Shown: piece by piece, positions 21,425 through 27,919 of the stretch
Layout: every line of letters starts with the position of its first letter
How positions within the stretch are numbered: position 1 is the first letter of the stretch
Assembly (NCBI GenBank): GCA_963749495.1
Contig: CAVVMW010000005.1
Span: forward strand, 128,001 to 192,000
Direction: 5' to 3'
DNA length: 64,000 nucleotides
Origin: an uncultured bacterium
GTDB taxonomy: Bacteria > Verrucomicrobiota > Verrucomicrobiia > Limisphaerales > UBA8199
Notes under the pieces: generated by a model
Told to the model about the DNA's origin: nothing
The model's database searches: none
The model's input: only the letters and a program-made list of their open reading frames with translations
Made by a program: the position numbers and the translations under genes

Positions 21425-21459
21425 CGACAGCCTTTAATTCCACGGCTTATAAGGAGCAT
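21425..21459 (-). promoter_or_regulatory. C-box-like operator
   Basis: ATGCTCCTTATAAGCCGTGGAATTAAAGGCTGTCG, 20 bp upstream of the C gene, has the ATG..TTATA..CGTG..TTA-AG layout of Esp1396I/AhdI-type C-boxes. Confidence 0.65.
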
Positions 21460-21566
21460 TCTTGCGCAGCCGGGCATCCCGCCGTCCGGACCGTAGAGGG
21501 AGACTTTGAAACTCGGCACCCGATTTTTTTGCTCGCAATTTCCTAGCCCTCGTGCATGGTTAATCC

Positions 21567-21812
21567 ATGCCTAAACGCTCAAGCATACCGAAGGACGAAA
21601 ACCAACTCGCCGCAAGCGTCGTCGCCCAGAGCACCGGCCAGGGGCTACCAGTCATAAGCTCCAAACCAGAGAAAAACCCCGCGGCAGTCGCTCTCGGAAA
21701 GCTCGGCGGACTAAAGGGTGGCCCGGCAAGGACCGCCAAACTCTCGGCGAGGCGGCGGAAGGAAATCGCCAAGTCAGCGGCTATGGCCCGATGGAACAAA
21801 TCGGCTACCTGA
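21567..21812 (+). CDS. Small basic 'histone H1-like' protein of the type found beside IS1/IS1595-like transposases
   Basis: KNPAAVALGKLGGLKGGPARTAKLSARRRKEIAKSAAMARW signature. Confidence 0.8.
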   Translation: MPKRSSIPKDENQLAASVVAQSTGQGLPVISSKPEKNPAAVALGKLGGLKGGPARTAKLSARRRKEIAKSAAMARWNKSAT

Positions 21813-21900
21813 ATGATGCCGCTTGTCGCGGAAAATTGGGATACATCGGGAATAAATTGTTCAGATATTCTGTGCAGAAAGTATAACTTGTTAATAGTCA

Positions 21901-21929
21901 ATGACATAGGATGTCACAAATAGTATGCT
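21901..21929 (+). promoter_or_regulatory. Candidate sigma70 promoter upstream of the tRNA-like gene
   Basis: ATGACA-17 bp-TATGCT, with a TGACA-N5-TGTCA palindrome over the -35. Confidence 0.4.
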
Positions 21930-22058
21930 CGCGCCCTGCGCGGGGCTCCATCTGGTTCCCCGGAAGTCTTTACGACGGAAGGGGGTCCCGAGGATTTGAA
22001 ATGAATAAAAACCCCAGAATGAGTGACCATTCCGGGGCGTAAGGCGGCCATTGATTTT

Positions 22059-22132
22059 GGGCCTGTAGCTCAGTTGGAAAGAGCGCCCGTCTACTAAACG
22101 GGGAGGCGCTGGTTCAAATCCAGCCAGGCCCA
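22059..22132 (+). tRNA. tRNA-like gene with anticodon ACT on a tRNA-Ile-like class I body; no encoded CCA
   Basis: Acceptor GGGCCTG/CAGGCCC, D stem GCTC/GAGC, anticodon stem CCCGT/ACGGG with loop CTACTAA, 5-nt variable loop, T arm GCTGG-TTCAAAT-CCAGC, discriminator A. Confidence 0.88.
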
Positions 22133-22188
22133 CATCAAAGCCGTGGAAGTAATTTACCACGGAATGTTGATGGATGGCAATATTTTTG

Positions 22189-22217
22189 TTGACAATGCTT
22201 GAACGCTCAAGCATAAT
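22189..22217 (+). promoter_or_regulatory. sigma70 promoter of the IS1-type transposase with palindromic operator in the spacer (likely leaderless mRNA)
   Basis: TTGACA-17 bp-CATAAT with the ATG 6 nt after the -10. ATGCTTGA-ACGC-TCAAGCAT at 22195-22214. Confidence 0.75.
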
Positions 22218-22223
22218 GAGAAC

Positions 22224-22564
22224 ATGAATAAATTGAGCACAGAGAGCCAAACCCGGATTGTTGCCGGTTTGGGTGAGGGCAATTCGCTTCGCTCAACTTC
22301 CCGAGTGACGGGCATGCACCGCACCACGATCCTTGATTTGCTGGTGGATTGGGGGATGGCGTGTTCTGAGTATCAGGACAAGGCCCTGCGGAATTTGAAG
22401 TGCGGAAGGATTCAGTGCGATGAGATCTGGTCGTTCTGCGGCTGCAAAGAAAAGAGGGCGACGCCTGAGCGCAAGAAGCCGGGATGGGGCGATGTCTGGA
22501 TTTGGACCGCCTTGGATGCCAAAACCAAGCTCGTGCCGTGCTGGCTCGTGGGTCAACGAGACAC
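22224..22564 (+). pseudogene. IS1-family transposase, N-terminal ~113 aa only
   Basis: EGNSLRSTSRVTGMHRTTILDLL HTH, IQCDEIWSF, DVWIWTALDAKTKLVPCWLVGQRD; then fused to a duplicated fragment. Confidence 0.85.
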
Positions 22565-22770
22565 CGCGGACAAGCAGTGCCGGGGCTCGTTCACGGCCAA
22601 ATTGAAGGGGCAGCCGGTCAAGGGGTTCGTGGCGTGCGGCGCGGGGGCCAAAGGAGTGGCGGTGACCGTGGTTTACCACCGGGCCTATGCGGCGGCCTCG
22701 GAGTTGGCGCCGCTGCTGGGGGCGGTGCCGGTTTCCAGGCAGTGGGTCGTTCACCCACTGCCCGGCGGCA
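22565..22770 (+). repeat. 206-bp direct repeat of an internal segment (18482-18687) of the 18177 gene
   Basis: Alignment by eye shows about 6 substitutions. Confidence 0.92.
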
Positions 22771-23063
22771 AACCGGAGCGGATTGATTGCTCCCACTCGG
22801 GCCGACCGGCGGTTTCTTCCCAAACCCGTTCACACAAGGGCAACTGTTCAGGGGGGCCGGGTGGGGCAGACCTCCTCCGGTGCATCGGGGGGTGCAGGGG
22901 CCTCTGGCCCAGAGCCTCGCGACTGCAAGGGAAACTGAGCCGGAGGCTCCGTGAACCGGCAGACCCCCGATGCATCGGGACCCCACACCTGAACAGCTAC
23001 ACACAAGGCAGCTCGCTGCTCCGATTCCTGCCCGACAGCGGTCCCTGTTTCTCCGCAGGACCT

Positions 23064-23609
23064 CTACGGTCCGTTGCCGGGGGGCTGCAAAGGGCTGTTC
23101 GTTCTAAAATTAAAACCTGCGCTGGAAACGGCTCCCAGCGTCCCGTCCGTCAACATCGCCGCGACTTGGAGGTCCATTTTCGCGAAGGCGAAGCTGAGCG
23201 ACTCGAGAGGCTGCTGGTCAGTCCCTGTGTTCCCGCCTTCGTTGTAGCTCGAGAAGAAAACATCGAAGAAGTCGATCTTGAGGAACGCTTGCGGAGCAGC
23301 CCCAGAATCCGCCGCATTGCCGCCGGCCTTGCGGCAGGCCAAGGACACCTGCTGAAACGGAGTGCCTTCACAGAGCTTCAAGAAGATGTTGGGAGATGCC
23401 GAATCCGTCAGCTTCATGAAGGAGAATGCCTTCGGACTGGCCCTCCCCGCAGCCCCGCCGCCGCCTCCGCCGCCTCCGGCTGGACCGCCGGCGGTCTCCG
23501 AGGCCGCAACGCCCCAACTGAAGGAAAGAAGTTCAATCCACTTCTCGTAGCCCTGGACCGTGCTCTCACCATCGATGCCATCGATCTTAAGAAATGCGTC
23601 AAATGCCAT
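23064..23609 (-). CDS. hcp: Hcp (T6SS tube-family) protein, orphan
   Basis: MAFDAFLKIDGIDGES...WIELLSFSWG...FSFMKLTDSASPNIF...CRKAGG...ESLSFAFAK; AGGAG RBS. Confidence 0.9.
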   Translation of the reverse strand: MAFDAFLKIDGIDGESTVQGYEKWIELLSFSWGVAASETAGGPAGGGGGGGGAAGRASPKAFSFMKLTDSASPNIFLKLCEGTPFQQVSLACRKAGGNAADSGAAPQAFLKIDFFDVFFSSYNEGGNTGTDQQPLESLSFAFAKMDLQVAAMLTDGTLGAVSSAGFNFRTNSPLQPPGNGP

Positions 23610-23617
23610 AAGTTCTC

Positions 23618-24175
23618 CTAGCTAAGTAAGGTTATCAGAAACTCAACACTCTCTTCGCCTCGTCCTGCTGGATTTTGGCGAATCACATAACTGCCTTTGG
23701 CCCCGGCGAAACGACCGGTCCCGCCGAGGATTGCACGCGCTCTCTCGCCCTCCGCTGTGGGTCCGGCGCAACCGATCCCGAACAGCGTGCCGTCCGTGAC
23801 CTTGAGGTTCTGGAATTCCACGGCGTGGTCCGTGCTGGCGCAGCCAAAGGGCGATTCCGGACCGAAACAGGTGGCGGAGAATTCGCCGACCTTTGCGCCG
23901 TCCGGCCGCTCCAACAGGTCGCCATGACTGTGCAGCCGGCCGCTCCACGCCGGGAGCTCGCCTGGTTTCTGGCTTGGGCAGTGAATCTGCAAGCGCCGCG
24001 CGTAAAACGTGAGCATTGTTGCGCCCTTTGGCTCAGGCGGTGCGCTCGGCGCCGGGGGCGCGGGCCCGCCGCGCGCCTCGGGCGCTGCCAGCGGCACGCC
24101 CAGCGTGCCCGCGACAAAGACCAGGCACCTCTGGAGCACGGTGCGTCTGGTCGTGGGTTGGAACATTTCGTTCAT
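23618..24175 (-). CDS. Hypothetical protein with twin-arginine-like signal and possible dirigent/allene-oxide-cyclase-like barrel
   Basis: TTRRTVLQ plus a hydrophobic stretch and Pro-rich linker; C-terminal AILGGTGRFAGAKG. ATGA overlap with the upstream MTase. Confidence 0.72.
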   Translation of the reverse strand: MNEMFQPTTRRTVLQRCLVFVAGTLGVPLAAPEARGGPAPPAPSAPPEPKGATMLTFYARRLQIHCPSQKPGELPAWSGRLHSHGDLLERPDGAKVGEFSATCFGPESPFGCASTDHAVEFQNLKVTDGTLFGIGCAGPTAEGERARAILGGTGRFAGAKGSYVIRQNPAGRGEESVEFLITLLS

Positions 24176-25920
24176 TGCTTTCCTCCGTGGTTTGCGTTGG
24201 GCTTGGATGCCAACGCGTGGGTTGACTGGGCATCGACCAGCGCTCCGCCACCCGGCGGGCGGAAGTCGGATGCCGGTGTGCCCCCAATGGGCACTAAAAA
24301 GCCGCACGAAACCAACTGGCGCACCAAGGCGCCGGCCTGCTGCCGGATCTCTTCCACAGAGGCTCGGGCTGCCTGCGCCAGCTCGACGATGATTTGGTCC
24401 AGCGTGTGGTGACCATCACAACGCGCCAGCAGTTGCAGCGAGGAGGGCCCTAACGCGGCCCGAAGGCGCAACCCTCTCGTCAGTTGCACCTCCGTCTGAT
24501 CGAGCAGCAGCTTGCCGTTTCGGCACACGAAGGTCTGGCGCACTTGCTGGTCCTCGGCCATGCGGAACGTTTGAGCGAGCAGCTCTCCGTCGTTGGCGTG
24601 CGCTGCCAAATGGTCTTCCGCCTGGGCGATCCGCAGGATGTGGTCGCTGCACGAGTCAACGAAAGTCTCCGGCAGGTTGTCTGTGCGCATCCAGTTGCGG
24701 CCGCCCGGCCTTCGTCGCAAGACCACCGCGCCCAGGCTCAGCGCCTGGATGCCGAGACGCTGATAATACTCCTGCCAGCGGTCCAGGCAGTCGCCGTAGG
24801 CGGTTGGGTCGGGGCCCCGATTCCAGGAGGCGGCATAGCCCAGCGGATCCCGCGTCACGCCGTGCAACAGCCAGGCGTCGCAACCGTTATTCGCCACCCA
24901 GGGCCTCAGGTGCCCTGACCACTCCTCCGCCTTGTCGTGCGTCCAACTGCACAGCACCGAGGCGAAGCCGCCTTGGCTTAAGCGAGCGGGGACCGCACGC
25001 ACCACTTCCTCGCTCAGCTTGTCTCCGGGCAACCCGCCGTCCCGGAACAAATATTCGGTCTCCGGTGAAATGACGAACGGGGGATTGCAGACAATCAAGT
25101 CAAACTGACAATCCGCGACGGGCGCGAACAGGCTGCCCAAGCGGCACTCCACGTTGTTCAGCCGGTTCAAGCAGGCGTTGAACATGGCATAGTTCAGGGC
25201 CCGCGGATTGGTATCGACGGCGATCACCCGGTCGCTGTGTCGGGCGGCCAGCAGCGCTTGCACGCCGCAGCCCGTTCCGACATCCAGCGCCAGGCGGGCA
25301 GGCCGTCGCACCGTAAGCTTCGCGAGCGTGGCGGCCGCCGGGTTCGTTCCCAACACATGGTCCGGACTTAGCCGCGGTGCATCCTCGCCCAGGCAGTCAT
25401 GCGCGAGCCAGAGACCCTCACAAAACGACAGCGTGATGCGGCCACGGACTCCTTTGTCCGCAAGCTGGATCAACCCCAGCGCCACCGCTCGCTCAAGGCC
25501 CAGCGGGGCCAGGGCCGTCCGAGCGGCGTCTTCGCCCACCGGGAGCTGCAGCGTGAACAGCTTGACCAGAGTGTTCAGCGGATCTGGCGTCGACAGGCGC
25601 CGCTGGTACAACGGAAGATCCACCCGTTTCAAGTGCGGGCTCATGTCCGGCCCCAACGCGCCGCGCAATCCGGATTCGGTGTAATTGTTTCCCTCCAGCG
25701 CTCGCCGGAACAACTCGATGGCCCCGGCATCGTCCGTGGCCAAAGGCCCCATGAACCCCTGTTTGGCCCCTGCCGCTGCGTGAGAACCGGGACCAGGCAC
25801 TTCCGCCGTGAGGAGAAGCCTTTGGTCGGTTTTTACAGGGCAGAACGCTTCCAGTTTGCGAACATCCAGCGTGTCCGTTCTGTCACCTCCTGCCGCTGCC
25901 GTTACAGCCCTTGTCACCAT
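24172..25920 (-). CDS. Class I SAM-dependent methyltransferase (HemK/MTS-like NPPF) with C-terminal winged-helix-like extension
   Basis: ALDVGTGCGVQA, DTNPRA, FDLIVCNPPFVISP, FRDGGLPGD; C-terminal LLARCDGHHTLDQII...LVRQLVSCGFL. Start may be 25752. Confidence 0.88.
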   Translation of the reverse strand: MVTRAVTAAAGGDRTDTLDVRKLEAFCPVKTDQRLLLTAEVPGPGSHAAAGAKQGFMGPLATDDAGAIELFRRALEGNNYTESGLRGALGPDMSPHLKRVDLPLYQRRLSTPDPLNTLVKLFTLQLPVGEDAARTALAPLGLERAVALGLIQLADKGVRGRITLSFCEGLWLAHDCLGEDAPRLSPDHVLGTNPAAATLAKLTVRRPARLALDVGTGCGVQALLAARHSDRVIAVDTNPRALNYAMFNACLNRLNNVECRLGSLFAPVADCQFDLIVCNPPFVISPETEYLFRDGGLPGDKLSEEVVRAVPARLSQGGFASVLCSWTHDKAEEWSGHLRPWVANNGCDAWLLHGVTRDPLGYAASWNRGPDPTAYGDCLDRWQEYYQRLGIQALSLGAVVLRRRPGGRNWMRTDNLPETFVDSCSDHILRIAQAEDHLAAHANDGELLAQTFRMAEDQQVRQTFVCRNGKLLLDQTEVQLTRGLRLRAALGPSSLQLLARCDGHHTLDQIIVELAQAARASVEEIRQQAGALVRQLVSCGFLVPIGGTPASDFRPPGGGALVDAQSTHALASKPNANHGGKQ

Positions 25921-26045
25921 ACACTGGTCTAACTCGATTAAAATGCTTTTCTAATAATAAGCTGCTCTCTTCACTTGTCAAGCAGAAGTCAATTGGACTG
26001 GCTTGCGCCGAGAAGCTACCTTGCTTCTGGTAAAAAGGGCACGCT

Positions 26046-27605
26046 TTGACCACATCAGAAATTTACCAACGGGCGGGCGAGTTCCACCGCGATGGGCGCT
26101 TCGACGAAGCCATCGCCGGGTACCGGGAGGCGCTGGGCTTGGACGGCCGGTTCCATCCCGCCTGGTACTCGCAGGGTTGTGCGTTCGAGGCGAAAGGGAA
26201 CCAGGCGGCTGCACTGGCCTGTTTCCAGCAGGCGGTGTCGCTGGCGCCCGGCCACGCGCAGTCGCACTACAACCTGGGAAAGGCGCTCTTCACGCTCGGA
26301 TTGATTGATGAGGCCCTGGATAGTTTCCAAGCGGCCATCGCCTTGGGCAAGGGGTTCCTGCCAAGAACGGCCATCGCCGTCGTGATCGCCGGCAGTCCAC
26401 GGGCGGATAACGCGGCCATTCTGGCTGCGCGGCGCGATTGGGCCGAAACGCACCTGCCCGCGCCGCCCGGCGCCAGGAGATTCCCGGCGGCGCCGGCTGG
26501 GGGTCGCCGGTTGCGCGTGGGCTATCTGTCGTCCTTTTTCGCGCACCACAAATGGATGAAGCCCGTCTGGGGATTGGTGAATCGTCACGACCGTGAGCGG
26601 GTCGAGGTCCATTTGTTTTCCGATGCGCCCGAGTCCCAATGCCAGGCTGGTTATCGCAAGCATCCCGGCGACCAGTTCCACGATATCTCGGGGCTTTCCA
26701 ACCAGGCGGCCGCGCGTCGGATCGAGGAAAGCGAGCTGGACGTGCTGGTAGATTTGAATGGGTATAGCCGTATCGACCGGCTCGCGGTGGTGGCGCTGAA
26801 GCCCGCGCCGATCCTGGCGGGCTGGTTCAATTTCTATGCCACTTCGGGTATGGCTTGCTATGACTACCTCATCGGCGACGACGAAGTCATTCCCCCCGGA
26901 GAGGAATCCTGCTACCTGGAGCAGATCCTCCGCGTTCCGGGCTCTTACCTGACGTTTCGAAGTGTCGCACCCGGTGCCGGAAGTGGCAGAGCCCCGGGGC
27001 TCTCCACCGGAAATTTGACCTTTGGGTGCCTGGCGTCGCCGTACAAAATCACGCGCCCAGTCGTCGAGGCGTGGTCGCGGATCCTCCGGCGCGCCCCCGG
27101 CGCGAGGTTGTTCGTGAAGAACCCCGCCTTGTGCTGCCCTGAGAACCGCCAGTTCCTGGCGCAGCGCTTTGCGCAATGCGAGGTCAATCCGGATCGGCTC
27201 GCCATGGAGGGGCCGGCCGACCATTTCGATTTCCTCACGGCCTACCGTCACATCGACGTTGCCTTGGACACTTTCCCTTACAACGGGGGAACGACCACCA
27301 TGGAAGCCCTCTGGCAAGGCGTGCCGGTAATCGCGTTTCGCGGCAACCGTTGGGCAGCGCGTCAAAGTGCCTCGATCCTCCGCGCGGCCGGGCTTGCCGA
27401 ATATATAGCCGACGACGTGGACGATTACGTCGAGCGCGCCGTCGCGTTGGCCCTGGCTCCGAACACCCTGCGCCGCCTGGCCGAATTGCGGCGAGGCCTG
27501 CGCCATCACTTGGCCGGCAGCGCCATTTGCGATACCGCCGCTTTCGCCCGCAACATGGAAGCCTTGTACGCGAAAATGCTCGCGCGAGGCCCTGCCGCCC
27601 CGTGA
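26046..27605 (+). CDS. TPR-containing SPINDLY/O-GlcNAc-transferase-like glycosyltransferase (GT41)
   Basis: N-terminal TPRs; RLRVGYLS, LDVLVDLNGYS, DVALDTFPYNGGTTTMEALWQGVPV. Confidence 0.9.
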   Translation: MTTSEIYQRAGEFHRDGRFDEAIAGYREALGLDGRFHPAWYSQGCAFEAKGNQAAALACFQQAVSLAPGHAQSHYNLGKALFTLGLIDEALDSFQAAIALGKGFLPRTAIAVVIAGSPRADNAAILAARRDWAETHLPAPPGARRFPAAPAGGRRLRVGYLSSFFAHHKWMKPVWGLVNRHDRERVEVHLFSDAPESQCQAGYRKHPGDQFHDISGLSNQAAARRIEESELDVLVDLNGYSRIDRLAVVALKPAPILAGWFNFYATSGMACYDYLIGDDEVIPPGEESCYLEQILRVPGSYLTFRSVAPGAGSGRAPGLSTGNLTFGCLASPYKITRPVVEAWSRILRRAPGARLFVKNPALCCPENRQFLAQRFAQCEVNPDRLAMEGPADHFDFLTAYRHIDVALDTFPYNGGTTTMEALWQGVPVIAFRGNRWAARQSASILRAAGLAEYIADDVDDYVERAVALALAPNTLRRLAELRRGLRHHLAGSAICDTAAFARNMEALYAKMLARGPAAP

Positions 27606-27622
27606 ACCCTCCCACGCATCCT

Positions 27623-27856
27623 GAGTTTTGTCCCGGAGGGACATCTGACAATAGCCCGGCGTTTCAACGCCGGGGAGGCCACAAAGGGGACCCTCGTCCC
27701 GAAGGGACGACTGAGAACTCCTTGCTTTCAGCCGTCCCTTCGGGACGGACCTGTTCCTTGTGTCCGCTCACCCGGCGTTGAAACGCCGGGCTATTGTCGG
27801 AAGCCCCGTCGGGGCAAAAAGGCGCCGTGGGCTGACCGACAGTTTTAATCGCACCC
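27623..27856. repeat. Four-arm REP-like element (ATAGCCCGGCGTTTCAACGCCGGG family) with one MITE end
   Basis: Reverse-complement homolog of 63396-63632, including the TTTTAATCGCACCC end. Confidence 0.85.
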
Positions 27857-27919
27857 GCCGCCCGGGCGCTGCTTGACGGGCGGGCGGGCGCAGACTATTA
27901 GTGGTGCCTGCTTTTGATT

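Noticed and set aside
22059..22132. tRNA as an integration (att) site for the island
   Set aside because: No duplicate of its 3' end and no integrase found in the window; it lies inside the element.
18482..22770. DGR template/variable repeat pair (also considered for 451-594 versus 3266-3410)
   Set aside because: Mismatches are few and not adenine-specific, and no reverse transcriptase is present in the window.
23064..23609. Type VI secretion system cluster
   Set aside because: Only Hcp is recognisable; no sheath, baseplate, membrane complex, VgrG or ClpV genes.
22224..23621. 465-aa ORF as a single real protein
   Set aside because: It is a chimera of the IS1 N-terminus, a duplicated gene fragment and read-through antisense to hcp.
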